A stretch of DNA of 64,000 nucleotides from the human T2T-CHM13v2.0 reference genome, Homo sapiens. This document shows, one piece after another, positions 45,401-60,862 of this stretch (positions are counted from its first letter, which is position 1; every line of letters begins with the position of its first letter). The notes beneath the pieces were generated by a model. It did not search any database, had not been told where the DNA came from, and was given only the letters and a program-made list of their open reading frames with translations. Where the stretch lies: assembly GCF_009914755.1 (NCBI RefSeq), contig NC_060936.1; one strand, written 5' to 3'. The position numbers were made by a program, and so were the translations under genes.

Positions 45401-46172
45401 GACAAATTTCTCCATTTAAGCCATTCTATTTTGGTGATGCATTCTAAAGTGATAATAATAGATGAAACTACAAGAAGGTTCATTGTAGTATGTTTATGAG
45501 AATTTAAAATGTACTCACAATATATTTGGAAAACTGAAGTTTTGATCAGTTTGTAAAATATAATTCTATTTTTGAAAACAATGTCTATATGCATAAACTT
45601 AAATAGAAAATTGGGAATAAAGATGTTGACGTGGTGGTGGATATATTTTCATGTGGTATTATGGTTGACAAGTTATTTACGCTTGTCTCATATTTTTAGA
45701 AGTTTTTAGCATAAACATTTCTTATTTTGTAAATAGGCTAAGCTTCAAACTTTAAATGGTGATATCCCTTTATATAAGGATGTTTATTGTTTGAAATCTG
45801 GTTCCAAGTTATAAAAAAGGATACTGGGAGATAGAGATAGAGAAACAGTGTGTGTCCATGTGTGTTTTATTTTCACTGGCTTTGTCTTACTATTCTAACA
45901 ATAGGACAATCATTTAAAGAAAATCCTTAGTTTCCCATAGTGTTTCCTTCTATTTAGTGTAAAACACTGAATTATCTATTTATGAATAAATAAGTTTACA
46001 TCACATTTAAAATCCAAATGTTAAAGCAAAACATGGTTATGTGTTCTGAATAAGATTCTCTGAGTCATGGATATTTTAAAATTCCAAACCAACTATCATT
46101 TCCATAGAAATTGTCCATACTGCAGCTAAAGCGTGTTAAGAGTGTAATTTATAACACTAAGTGCTCTCATCA

Positions 46173-46485
<313 letters not shown>

Positions 46486-48331
46486 GGGGGGTGGTACAAA
46501 GATCTCAAATTGACATTCTAATATCACAGCTAAAAGAACAAGAGAATCAAGAGCAAACAAGTCCCAAAGTTAGCAGAAGACACGACATAACTAAGATCAG
46601 AGTAGAACTGAAAGAGATATAAACACAAAAACCTTCCAAAAAATCAATGAATTCAGGAGCTGTTTTTTGGGAAAAAATAATAAAATATATAGACTACTAG
46701 CTAGACTAATAGGAAAAGAGAGAAGAATCAAATAGACACAATAAAAAATAAAAAACAGAATGTCACCACTGACCCCACAGAAATACAAACAACCATCAGA
46801 GAATACTATAAACACCTCTATGCACATACACTAGAAAATCTAGAAGAAATGGATAAAGTCCTGAACACATATATCCTCCCAAGACTGGACTAGGAGAAGC
46901 TGAATCCCTATAGAATGATAATGAATTCTGAAATTGAGGCAGTAATAAAGAGCCTACCAACCAAAAAAAAAAAGTCCAGGACCAGATGGATTTATAGCTG
47001 AATTCTACCAGAAATACAACGAGGAGCTGATATCATTTTTTCTGAAACTATTCCAAACCACCGAAAAGGAGGGACGCCTCTGTAACTCATTTTATGAGGC
47101 CAGTGTTATCCTGATACAAAAGCCTGGCAGAGATACTACAAAAGAAAACTTCAGGCCACTATCCCTGATGAACATTGATGCAATAATCCCCAGTAAAAAA
47201 CTAGCCAACTAAATCCAGTAGCATATCAAAAAGCTTACCCACCACAATCAAGTCAGCTTCATCCCTGTGATACAAGGCAGGTTCAATACACACACATAAT
47301 AATCAATAAGCATAATTCATCACATAAACAGAACTGAAAACAAAAACCACATGATTATCTCAATAGATGCAAAAAGGCCTTCCATAAAATTAAGCATCCC
47401 TTCATGTTAAAAAACTCCCAATAAACTAGGTACTGAAGGAACATAATTCAAAATAATAAGAGCCACATATGACAAACCCACAGTCAATATCACAGTGAAT
47501 GGGTAAAAGCTGGAAGCATTCCCCTTGAAAACTGGCACAAAACAAGGATGCCATCTCTCACTACTCTTATTCAACATAGTTCTGACCAGGGCAATCAGGC
47601 AAGAGAAACAAATAAAGGGTATTCAAATAGGAAAAGAGAAAGTAAAAATGTCTTTGTTTGCAGATGATATGATCCTATATCTAGAAAACCCCATAGTCTC
47701 AGCCCAAAAGCTTCTTAAGCTGAGAAGCAACTACAGCAACATCGCAGGATACAAAATCAATGCGCAAAAGTCACAGGGAGTTCCATACACCAACAACAGA
47801 CAAGCACAGAGCCAAACCATGAATGAAATCCTATTCACAACTGCTACTAAGAGAATAAAATACCTAGAAATACAGCTAACAAGGGAAGTGAAGGACCTCA
47901 TCAAGGAGAACTACAAACCACTTCTCAAGGAAATCAAAGAAGACATAACAAATGATAAAACATTCCATGCTCATGGATGGGAAGAATTAATATCATGAAA
48001 ATGGCCAAAGGAAATTATAGATTCAATGCTATTTCCATTTAACTACCATTGACATTCTTCTTCACAAAATTAGAAAAAAAAAATTTAACTCATATGGAAC
48101 CAAAAAAAGCTTGTATAACCAAAAAGCAAAAGAACAAAGCTGGTGGCATCATGCTACCCAACTTCCAACTATACTATAAGGCTACAGTAACCAAAACAGC
48201 ATGGTACTGGTAGAAAAACAGAAACATAGACCAATGAAACAGAATAGAGAACTCAGAAAGAAGACTACATTTTTGCAACCATCTGATATTTGACAAACCT
48301 GACAAGAAACAAGCAATAAAGAAAGGATTCC

Positions 48332-50643
48332 TGATATGGTTTGGCTTGTGTCTCCACCAAAATTTCTTCTTGTATCTCCCATAATTCCCACGTGTTTTGG
48401 GAGGGACCTGGTGGGAGATGATTGAATCGTGGGGGCAGGACTTTCCCATGCTATTCTCTTTGATAGTGAAGGGTCTTACAAGACCCGCTGGTTTTAAAAA
48501 CAGGAGTCTCCCTGCACAAGCTCTTATTTGCCCACTGACATCCATGTAAGATGTGACTTGCTCCTCCTTGCCTTCCACCATGATTATGAGGTCTCCCAAG
48601 CCATGTGGAACTGTAAGCCCAATTAAACTTCTTTCTTTTGTAAATTGCCCAGTCTCAGGTATGTCTTTATCAGCAGCATAAAAACAGACTAATATAGTAA
48701 ATTGGTACCAGGAGTGGGGTTCTCATGAAAAGATACCCAAAAATGTTGAAGTGACTTTGGAACTGGGTAACAGGCAGAGGTTAGAACAGTTTGGAGGGCT
48801 CAGAAGAAGACAGGAAAATGTGGGAAAGTTTGGAACTTTCTAGAGACTTGTTGAATGGGCTTTGACCAAAATGCTGATAGCAATATGGACAATAAGGTCC
48901 AGGCTGAGGTGGTCTCAGATGGAAATTAGGAACTTGTTGGGAACTGGAGCAAAGGTGACTCTTGTTATGTTTTAACAAAGAGACTGGTGGCGTTTTTCCC
49001 CTGTCCTAGAGATTTGTGGAACTTTGTACTTGAGAGAGATGGTTTAGGGTATCTGCCAGAAGAAATTTCTAAGAAGCAGCAAAGCATTCAAAAGGTGATT
49101 TGGGTGCTGTTAAAGGAATTCAGTTTTATAAGGGAAGCAGACCATAAAAGTTCAGAAAATTTGCAGCCTGACAATGCCATAGAAAAGAAAAAATTGTTTA
49201 CTGAGGGAGAAATCCAAGCCAGCTGCAGAAATTTGCATAAGTAACAAGGAGCCAAATGTTAATCCCCAAGAAAATGGGGAAAATGTCCCCAAGGCATGTC
49301 AGAGTCTTCGCCACAGGGCCTCCTAACACAGGCCCAGAGGCTGAGGAGAAAAAAGTGGTTTAGTGGGCTGGGTTCAGGGTCCCTGTGCTGTGTGCAGCCT
49401 AGGGACTTGGTGCCCTGCATCCCAGCCACTCCAGTTATGGCTGAAAGGGGCCAACATAGAGCTCGAGCCATGGCTTCAGAGGGTGCAAACTGCAAGCCTT
49501 GGCAGCTTCCAAGTCGTATTGAGCCTGCCAGTGCGCAGAAGTCAAGAATTGGGGTTTTGGAACCTCTGTCTAGATTTCAGAAGATGTATGGAAATGCCTG
49601 GATGCCCAGGAAAAAGTTTGCTGCAGGGGTGGGGCCCTCATGGAGAACCTCTGCTAGGGCAGTGCAGAAGTGAAAAGTGGGGTTGGAAGCCCCACACAGA
49701 ATCCCTACTGGGACACCACATAGTGGAGCTGTGAGGAGAGGGCCACCATCCTCCAGACCCCAGAATGAGAGCTCCACCAACGGTTTGCACCATGCACCTG
49801 GAAAAGCTGCAGACACTCAGTGCCAGCCCATGAAGGCAGCCAGGAGGGAGGCTGTACCTTGCAAAGTCACAGGGGCAGAGCTGCCCAAGACCATGGAAAC
49901 CACCTCTTGCATCAGCATTACCTGGATGTGAAACATGGAGCCAAAGGAGATCATCTCAGAGCTTTAAGATTTTACTGCCCTGCTGGTTTTCAGACTGGCC
50001 TGACGCCTGTAGCCCCTTCATTTTGGTCAATTTCTCCCATTTGGAATGGCTGTATTTATCCAATGCCTGTACCCCCATTGTATCTAGGAAGTAACTAGGT
50101 TGCTTTTGATTTTATAGGCTCATAGGTGGTAGGGACTTGTCTTGTCTCAGATAAGACTTTGGAATGTGGACTTTTGAGGTAATGCTGAAATGAGTTGAGA
50201 CTTTCAAGGACTATTGGGAAGGCATGATTGATTATGAAGTGTGAAGATACGAGATTTTGTAGGGGCCATGGGTGGAATCACATAGTTTAGCTCTGTCTCT
50301 CCACCCAAATCTCATCTTGTATCTCCCATAACTTCCACATGTTGTGGGAGAGAACTGGTGGGAGATGATTGAATCATGGGGGTAGGTATTTCCTGTGCTG
50401 TTCTTGTGATAGTAAATGGGTCTCAAGAGATCTGATGGTTTTAAAAACAGGAGCCTCCCTGCACAAGCTCTCTTTTTGGCTGCTGCCATCCATGTAAGAC
50501 GTGACTTGCTCCTCCTTGCCTTTCACCATGATTGTGACATCTCCCCAGCCATGTGGAACTGCAAGCTCAATTAAACCTCTTTCTTTTGTAAATTGCCAGT
50601 CTCAGGTATATCTTTATCAGCAGCATGAAAACAAACTACTACA
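48332..50643 (+). mobile_element. Full-length THE1 (THE1C-like) MaLR provirus: LTR 48332-48696, internal 48697-50277, LTR 50278-50643
   Basis: tgatatggtttgg start; ttttgtaaattgcccagtctcaggtatgtctttatcagcagc; internal region starts gtaaattggtacc; two homologous LTRs. Confidence 0.93.
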
Positions 50644-52816
50644 ATTTTAAATGACACTGGGAGAACAGTCTAGCCATATGCATAAAATTGAAACTGGACT
50701 CGTTTTTTAAACCTTGTACAAAAATTAACTCAGGATGAATTAAAGGCTTAAATGCAAAACCCAAAACTATAAAAACCCAAGAAAAAAATCTAGGTAATAC
50801 TGTGTAGGACATATGCATGGGCAAAGATTTCATGATGAAGACAGCAAAAGCAACTGCAGCAAAACAATTTCAACAAAAACAAAAATTGACAAATATCAAG
50901 AAAAAACAGAGAGATAGAAATGTTTTTACAATGTTGGAGGGAATTTAAATTAATTCAACCATTGTGGAAGACACTGTGGCGATTCCTCAGAGACCTAGAA
51001 CCAGAAATACCATTTGATCCAGCAATCCCATTACTGAGTATATATCCAAAGGAATATAAATTGTTCTGTTAAAGATACATGTACACAAGTGTTATTGCAG
51101 CACTATTCACAGTAGCAAAGATATGGAATTAACCTAGATGCCCATCAATGATAGACTGAACAAAGAATATGTGGTTCATATATATCATGGAATACTATGC
51201 AGTATAAAAAAGAATGAGATCATGTCCTTTGCAGGGACGTGGATGGAGGTGGAAGCCATTATCCTCAGCAAACTAACACAGGAACAGAAAGCCAGACACC
51301 ACATGTTCTGACTTCTAAGTAGGAGCTGAACAATGAGAACACATGGACACAGGAAGGGGAACAACACACTCTGGGGCCGGTCAGGGGTATAGGGAGGAAA
51401 TGTAGCTAATGCATATTGGACTTAATACTTAGGTGATAGGTTGATGGGTGGAACAAACCATCATGGCACACATTTTCATACGCAATAAACCCGCACATCC
51501 TGCACATGTACCCCAGAACTTAAAATAAAATAAAGTTTTTTAAAAAAGGAAATTGTCCAAACACTACATTTAATTTTCAATTCACATAACACTGACAATC
51601 ATGAATTGCTATGTCTGCTAATGCAATCACATAATAGAATCCAGGTCTATCTTATAATCAAAGAGTATATTGTTAAAAGAGTGATTTCTAAGTGAGATTT
51701 AACATTCTCAATAATTTATTCTGGTGACAGTAAAATGCTTGAGAACAACCTAGGCTGCAAATCTGTAGCGTTATGTATTTACCCTGCTTTATTTTATCTC
51801 ACAAATTCTGTAGCCTTTCTGCTGACCTTGTGATATAAGGCCTTTGAATTACTATGACTAATTGTGAGGAATATGCACAAGTGCTGAGGGGAAATGTAAA
51901 ACAAGTCCCCTCACCAGATGATTCATACACATAATTAATCAAGTCACAGCTGACATTGATCCAAAGGCACAAGTCAGCAGAGATAGTCATTAAAAGATCC
52001 AGTGTCATCTTAGATGTTGGAGAGAATACTGTAATTTCATAGAGGATTCCAAGATAAACTCCAAGCTGCAGAGACTGAGAAAATCATCTAGTGTACCACA
52101 ATGGGCTTGTGATTTGCACAAGACTTAATGATATCCACACTTATAGTCTTGACAGATACTGCACCTGTGAAAGGTACAAGGTTAATGTTAACAGCTGAGC
52201 TGAGAAAACACATCTGATCAATGGGAGAGTAGACAGTATAGTATATATTATTTATCTTGCTCTAGACCACAGTTTCTCTAATATCCTGGATAAATAATTT
52301 TTCCAGAAATAAATATTCAAGCCTCTTAATTTAAATATTCTTCACATTCAAATGTGTCAGTTCACAAATGAAGATTCATTTCTGTTTTTTTATTTCATTT
52401 TTTAAAATAAAAAAGATTGAAGCTTTATTGAAATAAAATAAAGAACAAGGAACAATAGTTTGAAAACCAAAAGTTTCTTTTGAAATCTGTGGCATAATAT
52501 GTGATTATATTCACTTTATAACAAGCTAAATGGCATGACTGAGTGGAAGTGACAAAATATTATGAAGAAGTATCCTTTGATATTTATAAAGTTAATAACC
52601 ATCCCTCCTCAATTTTAAACAATGCAGGATGATAATTTTATTTCAGAAATAATAGGAGGCAGAAAAATAGAGAAATAATTTCCACTTCAGCAACCTGAAG
52701 AGAAATCACACAACTTAACTTAGGAGCAGAAAACCAGTTTGGAAGAAGTGATATTCAAAGGTGTGGTAAAAGGATATTTAAATATGTTAGCCCTATGTTG
52801 TCCCTTCATATTCTTT

Positions 52817-53136
<320 letters not shown>

Positions 53137-54258
53137 CCTTCATATTCTTTATACGCACTGCATAATGCTTGTTCTCCTGTGGATCTGCCTAAGACAGTGG
53201 CTTTCTTTGGAGCAGGTTATAAATACTGTCTCACTGCTCTATACTTTACTGGGGTTGTGTGTAATTGTGTGAAGCTTAAAAATATATTAGTAGCATGACC
53301 CCACATCCCTATGAGCTCAACATGAAAGAAAGTCATGAACATATAAAGTTTCCATTTTATTTAAGGGTCACAAAGGACAAAAAGGAGCAAGACAAAGCCC
53401 CTTGGCATAAAAGATGATCTAAAAAACATTTCACAGAACTGAGTGTGACTGTTAGGAAGAAAGAACATTACCTCTCTACCTCTTCTGTACTACCTATTAG
53501 CACTTGTGAAAGTAACTTCTTTTCTCATTCACTTTAAGACATACTGAAACTAAAAGGTGGGTGGAACATTAATCAAATGAGGTCAGAGATTCTTGTAGTC
53601 CCCCAAGTGTCCCAAACCTATTATCATTATTTTCAAATAGAAGTTAAGTAGTATTGGTATCTCAAGAAAAATTGCTCTAGTGGAATAAAAGTAAATGAGA
53701 ACAGGAAAAATGCAGCTTCACTTCTTCTGCCTAAAGAGAGGATGTCAACTGAGTGACTGGAATTAAATGTCCAATTTCTCCTAACCCATAGGCTATAGGC
53801 AGTCCTTTTTATATAATCACTTCTAACCCCAATATTATGAGATGCCTGATGCTAAAACGTGAATCAGAGAAATGGTTACATTTTAAACAGTTTTGTGGTA
53901 TTTCCTTCCTAAGGTATCCTGCACTTAGCAGATTTTCTTAGGTACCTTTAAGTACACACTGTAAGTTTTCCTCTGGCTTCTAACCCTTATAGACACTTTG
54001 AGTGAGGTGTTTTTTACCCATAAAACAAGGCAGACCAAAAGAGAACTTAACAGGAGGCCCACTTTTCCAACATGAGTTCCAAAGGGAAGAGTTTAAACAC
54101 ATAGTGGTTTCACATAAGGTGCGCCTTATGCAGACAGATTATGGCTAGATTCTAAGGCTGAGGAGAAGACTGAGATGGAGAAGTAATGGATCGGTGCTTC
54201 TCAGTCATATCAGAAGTGTCCTCTCTGTAAAACAGATATTTTGTAATGTCCCTTTTAC

Positions 54259-54807
54259 CATAACCAGCTCAAGCCCACCTCCTCGCAACTCGGAGGTTGC
54301 AAACACGAGAAGCAAAGTGTGCTGAAAGAAAAGCAGTTTTATTAATCAAATGCTAGCAGTTGGGGAATGCCCAGGCTCATGCCTTTAAAAGACCATACCA
54401 ACCTTCTGAGCTGAGTGAAGGGGATTAGGAAGGAAAAAAGTGTGGGAAATATGTGGGGTAGTGAAAAACTTGGGACAGGTGTGCATGTTTTGTTTAACTG
54501 ACCATCTCGAGTAATCACCTGTCCAGAGGTCCAATTTGTACCACCCTGACTTCAGCCTGGTAGGGAGTGATGGGTTAACTCTTCGTTACTCCCCATGAGT
54601 GGGAGAATTCTGAGCTGGGGTTCTCGGCCTCATTTGTTACAAAATTGGCCCCTGGAATTTCTAAGTAAGCTTAGATAAGCATGTGCTGTGCACGATGTGC
54701 CTAGTGGGAAAGGGAGAGAATAAAGAATCTTCTACATACAGAGATTAGGAAGGAAAGGAAAAAAAAAAGTGTTAAAGTGCGTATCAAGGCTGGGATACTC
54801 GGTTACA
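54259..54807 (-). mobile_element. ERV1-class solo LTR (MER4 group, subfamily uncertain) inside a probable hAT-like fragment
   Basis: Minus strand starts TGTAACCGAGTATCCC; AATAAA ~80 bp from the 3' end; 4-bp TSD ttac at 54255-54258 and 54808-54811. Confidence 0.75.
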
Positions 54808-55863
54808 TTACTACCTAAAATTAAATCCATTGATAATATAACCAACATACACATGTAACTTCAAAAAGTCAATATAAACCCCAAATCTAATAACAAGAAG
54901 ACAGGAATATTTATAACAAAATCATATGTATTCCAATGTGTAAATATTTGAACATAACTACTAGAAGATATGATGCATCAGTCTGACGTTTCACCTGCTT
55001 ATATTTAACAAGTTTGGCTATAAGTGAATTTAGATCATTAGTCTGCCCTTAAAATAAGTACAAGACAATGAAACTAGCAAGGATAGACAGTAGAATAAAC
55101 ATTAGTGGTAAGTAATACAACGTACATATTTGTATGTAAAAGAAAAGGAGAAATATATTTAAATTGTCAAAGGAAAACATACCAATGTCAATTAAGCTGT
55201 TCAAGCGGAGAAAATGAAAAAGTAGAATATTTTCACATATGTGCTGTCTTCTGTGCAGTGACAAAATAATTTCTTGTGTTATGACATACAAAGAAATAAA
55301 TACGAAGCTTAGAAAGTCTGTCTTTTATCAATCATATTGCCTACCTTGAAATCAAACCATGCATTTGGTCTCTAGTAGTTAAGACCTTAGATATTATAAT
55401 CTTCAATAAGTAAAATACAGAATGAATTCATTTAAAAATACAAATATTAGTGCCAGTGTCTAGAGAGAAGAATTTCTGTAGAAGTGAGGATAATCTCAGA
55501 AAACTTCAAAATAGTTTCAAAAAGTAATTTTCATTACATGTATTATTTAATTCTAATTTTTGAAAATATTTAGAATATCACTAGTATAAAATATTTTAAA
55601 CAGTTTCAACTTAGAATTGTAATAACATCTTTTAATAAACATTTTAAAACTATGCAATTTGGTATTATGGACTATTTTAATGACAACTTTTCTTAATGAA
55701 ATTTAGTGACAACTTTCAATTTCTTGTATATCCCTGCTAACTGAATTATGTTTGTTTCTGAATCTGTTAAAATTGAGTCTCAAATCTCCATTAATAACCA
55801 TTTGCATTATTGTTACATTCGTAGTACCTGTAGGGATGCACTTAAATCATTTTCAACTAACTA

Positions 55864-56451
55864 CAGTAAATCTCCACTCAATGTTGCTGATAGGTTCTTG
55901 GAAACTGTGACTTTAAGAGAAATGACATAAAATGAAATCAATCTTACTGCAGCCTAATTGATAGAAACAAGAGTTAAGTTCCTACAGCATATTTTTGGTC
56001 ACAAAAACATCACTAAGCTTCTAAATAACGACCCAAAACTCTTCTAATATTAAACACTGAGATAAATGTGATCTATATATACATTAAAGAAACATTAATA
56101 AAACAGGTAAGATAATTATTTACCATTTATTCCAGTTCAGTGTCTTGGGTGTCCAGAGCCTATCTCAGCAGTTCAGTATGCAAAGCAGGAACCAGAACTG
56201 GATGGGACACCGTTCCATCACAGGGTGTGCTCATTCACTCATCTACACTCACTCAGACTGTGACAATGTCATCATACTAGTTAATCTAATGCACACATGT
56301 CTGAATTGTGAGAGGGAAACAGACTCGCAAGAAAAAGTCCAAGCAGATGTGAGAATTGTACAAACTCCACACAGAGAGTAGCCCCAGCTGAGAATCGATG
56401 TTTTATTCTCATCAGCCTTATAATGAAATAACTTTATTCGAGGACCTGCTG
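55864..56451 (-). mobile_element. MER6A-like TcMar-Tigger non-autonomous element
   Basis: Minus strand starts CAGCAGGTCCTCGAATAA; TA on both sides; internal TGTGTGGAGTTTGTACAATTCTC. Confidence 0.85.
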
Positions 56452-56485
56452 TATGCAGTTGCACGTGATATGAACCACTGAATAT

Positions 56486-56970
56486 TGATAAAGATTCTCT
56501 GATTCACCAAAATTTAGTCACGCTTCTCAACCTTCTCCTAGGTGCATATCATACTTCTTTGTAAAATTCTATTTTAGCAAAGAACTCTGCTAAATTAGTT
56601 TAGCAAGAACCCCCACTCTTGCTATTGCATCACCCTTGATGCCTGATCAAGTTCCTCATCCTTCACCATCTCTCAGGTGATGTGTTATCAGACTGGCCTG
56701 TCTTCAGCAAGAATCCTGTTAGGTCAGTTTAGCCAGAATCCCCCTTACTTCTGATGCTTCCTCTTAGTAATTTTCTAACCTCTGATCCCCACCATGTTCC
56801 TTGGCTATAAATTCCTACTTGCCCATGTTGTATTTGGACTTGAGCCCAACCTCTCTCTTCCACTGCAAAATCCTGTTGTTCTGGTTCCCACATCTGTCTC
56901 AACAGTCTTAAATAAAGTCTTCCTCCTCATGTTTTAACAAGCATTATTGGTTATTATATTTTCTTTAATA
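56486..56970 (+). mobile_element. MER31-like ERV1 solo LTR
   Basis: tgataaagattctctg...accaaaatttagtca; TATA (ctataaa) and aataaa; 4-bp TSD atat. Confidence 0.8.
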
Positions 56971-57071
56971 ATATAAAAGAAGTTGGACATAAAGTTTAAT
57001 TGAACCTGAAACTTTCAGTAATTTGATTAGATTTTATTTTGACATAGAGTTTTTTCTCTCTTTTTTTCCAG

Positions 57072-57097
57072 CTTACTCTTTATAGAAATGTTGACAG
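57072..57097 (+). other. Candidate 26-nt microexon
   Basis: 20 consecutive pyrimidines then AG (57070-57071); donor CAG|GTATGT. Confidence 0.4.
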
Positions 57098-57415
57098 GTA
57101 TGTTCCATGTTCATGTCAAATGTAGAAATCATACAATCCTGTGTTGTTGGTTTATTTATATCACTAAATATAAAAATATGTGGAATTATACATCACAGCT
57201 TTCTAATAAGATCCAATTTGCAGCAATTTATTTTTTTAAGTCATTGGAAATACATTTTAAGCCTATTATCTAACTCTTTAAATGGTGGAAAATAACATTC
57301 TCAGCAAGAAAGTGCTATTTATAACTGGGTAAATTTGTTTATAAATCCCATAATTCTCTGTATTTTAATGAGATTTATCTCTTTTTTGCAGCTTAAGTGC
57401 ATCAATAAGCTTTTA

Positions 57416-57740
<325 letters not shown>

Positions 57741-58913
57741 CTAAAGGATATGACATATTGTGCAATATTTCAATCTCAAGATACAAATTTCATTAATTTT
57801 AAATGTGTCACAAAATATTCAATAGCAAGCAAACTCTTTTTAACCAGTTTTCCTTGCAAAGCTTTTTCTTCCATGGAATAAGATATTTAAACTCTTCTCT
57901 ATTTTTACTGTACTCTTTAGGAAATAACTTATTGAGGAGTTCCACTTAATTGTCTTAATAAAACCTACTGAAAAATGTTTAATGCTTGTTGTTATATTTC
58001 ACTGTTTCATTTGATTTATTTCAACAATCATACTGGACCAATTCTAATAACCCTAGCAAGATAAATTTTTCCAGTACTGTGTGAATTATAACATTTCTAA
58101 AGTATTTGTACTTTTTGTAAGAAATAATAATGCTGTTACTTTTTACAGGGAGTTTTTATGAGCATTCCAGTGATTTATTGTATTCTTGTTTTCAACATTT
58201 TGCTCAAATTTTTGAAATATGGACCTTTACCTGCTTTATCAATATAATTCTTTATCAAATATTTACTTAATATTTATGTTTTACTTTCAAACATACACTA
58301 TGATTAAAATAGTGATAACTGTGAAGAGCTAAAAATTAATTGTAAATATTAAAAATATCAACACTTCCTCTGAATATCTGACTATTTGAAATATGAGCTA
58401 GAAATAAGTATAACATGTCTTGCAGGACTTCTGTCATCCTAGTCCTTGCTTATTAAATGCCAGTTGTACCTTTAGTCGTGTGAAAAACAAAAGTCCCAAC
58501 ACATTTTCATACCATTTGACAAGTGGTAGTACAAGCATTTTGAGACTCACTGAGCTACATAGCTGATAGAATGCTAGATTGATAGAATAATACAACTGTA
58601 GCTGAGTGATAGGGAGCAAATAGAGAAATCTGATGTTTCAAAGATTACGTTGACCAGGGGAGGACCACCATTCCTTTTATCAGGAATATCCTTTCATAGT
58701 CATTTACAGATTAAAATTCTCCCTTGGATTCAGAAAACATCATTTTCCCCAAATTAAAGGGTCTAGAGAACTCGTGTCTATAGATAACCTCAATAATTAT
58801 GCATTTAGGTTTCATGTTCCATTATTTTCATAGATATATTCAGATATTTTTCTTACCTAGTCAAAATAATATTATATACTTATTTATTCTAGAATAACTT
58901 ATTATTTTAACAG

Positions 58914-58960
58914 ATAAACAGGAAAGGAATGACGTGTTAAGGAACGCTATTAAACTAGAA
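58914..58960 (+). other. Candidate 47-nt exon
   Basis: attattttaacAG acceptor and GAA|GTAAGA donor; open frame KQERNDVLRNAIKLE. Confidence 0.25.
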
Positions 58961-59314
58961 GTAAGAAAATGAGAAAATCATTTCCCATGGGAAAGAGAAA
59001 AATTTGAATCTATGGATTGGTTAAATATATAGAAAAGAATGAAGAGGGAGAAAAATAAAGAACTCAAGAAAGAAAAAAGAGAAAAAATTCAATCAAATAC
59101 TTTTAGTGAAAAAGGGGGGGAGAGAAAGAACAAGCCCATCAAAAGAAATTAAGATGTTAAAGAAGATATGGAGTAGGCAATCAAAAATATCCAAGAAAAA
59201 ATAGCAGCATGATACAAATAGACAAATATAATTGAACTTGTAGAGGGTAAGAAGAGCTTAGCCTGTGGAGTCAAACAACACAAATAAACAGTACAAGCAG
59301 TACATGCACTATTA

Positions 59315-59756
59315 CAGTTGACCCTTAAACAACACAGATTTGAACTGTGTGGGTCCAGTTACATGCAAATTTTCTTCTACGTCTGTCATCCCTGAAACAG
59401 CAAGAACAACCCTTTCATTTTCTCCGTCTCCTCAGCCTGTTCAGTGTAAAGGTGATGAGGAGGAAGACCTTTAAAATATCCACTTCCACTTAATGAATAG
59501 TTAATAGATTGTCTCCTTGTTTTGATTTTCTTAATAACATTTAATTTTCTGTAGTTCACCTTTTGGTAAAAAAATACAGTATACATATAACATGAAAACT
59601 ATATATTATAAATCAGCTGTTCATGTTACTGCTAAGGCTTCTAGTCAACAGTAGGCTATTAGTAGTTAAGTTTTGGGGAGGTCAAAAGTTGTAAGTGTAT
59701 TTTTGACTCTGTAGGGATCAGCGCTACTAACTCCTATATTGCTCAAAGGTCAACTG
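59315..59756 (+). mobile_element. Tigger2a non-autonomous element inside a MIR
   Basis: TA-cagttgaccctt...aaggtcaactg-TA, 442 bp; colinear with the ends of the Tigger2 at 30.6-33.2 kb. Confidence 0.88.
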
Positions 59757-60070
59757 TACTAATCAGCCATAAAATGTGAGGTTCAATTTTCTAATCTGGA
59801 AAATGGGCGTAATAGTAACTACGTCATAAATTTACTGAGGGGTAGTTTTGCTAATACCTAAAAAATGCTTAGCACTATGTATGGCTCACAGGTGCTTAGG
59901 ACAAGTAAATTCACTACATACAGAAATTAACATAGGATTTGTTAACAATCTCTACTTATTCCACCCAAAAACAAGATCTCTTGATCTATGTTTTGATCTG
60001 GATCAAACAGACACATTAACAAAGATAATAAAATCACTATAATTAGGATAATTCAAAGGTTTGGCATTTA

Positions 60071-60373
60071 CATTACCCTTAGCAAACTAAGTCAGGAACA
60101 GGAAACCAAATATCATCTGTTCTCACTTATAAGTGAGAGCTAAATGATGAGAACATATGGACACATGGGGGCAACAACATACACTGGGTTCTGTCAGAGG
60201 TCAAGGAGTGGGAGGAGGGAGAGGATCAGGAAGAACAGCTAGTGGAAGCTGGACTTAATACCTGGGTGCTGGGATGATCTGGCAGCAAACCACCATGGCA
60301 CATATTTGTCTATGTAACAAATCTGCACATCCTGCACATGTACCCCTGAACTTAAAATAAAAGGTGGAAAGAA
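60071..60373 (+). mobile_element. L1PA13-15-like 3'UTR fragment
   Basis: cttagcaaactaa...cccctgaacttaaaataaaa; degenerate TSD aaaggtttggcat/aaaggtacggcat. Confidence 0.85.
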
Positions 60374-60823
60374 AAAGGTACGGCATCCATCAAGATAACA
60401 CTGTAATATAAATTACCTCAAGTATAATGGAAGACATTATGATTTAGTTACTTTCATAGCTAAGTAACTAGGCTTAAATTTCCTAAAAGCATACTACCGC
60501 TGTGTTTGAAGAAAATGATCATATCTCGAAGAAAACGTTAATTCTTAAAGTGTATTTTACTGATATCTTTCATTTCCCAGCAATTACCTACCCCTGTAAT
60601 ATCCATTACCTGTGTTAAGACATTCTTGATTAACCCTCCAGGGGATCTATAACTGCTCAAAAAGCCAACAAAAGCTGAAAGAAGAATTGAATAAACAAAC
60701 TCAATTTTGAAAGATTTAGCAATACCATTTAATAATAATGCAGAGAAAAATAACGTGTAAATTTAAAAATCACTCAGTTGTTATAGATGTTTATCTTGAT
60801 ATAGGTAAGTATATCTAACTGTA

Positions 60824-60829
<6 letters not shown>

Positions 60830-60856
<27 letters not shown>
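60830..60856. repeat. (GT)n microsatellite
   Basis: Direct inspection. Confidence 0.9.

Positions 60857-60862
<6 letters not shown>

Noticed and set aside
48174-50489. Cluster of overlapping 65-141 aa ORFs
   Set aside because: All lie within or overlap THE1 LTR/internal sequence and are expected from its GC content and decayed ORF
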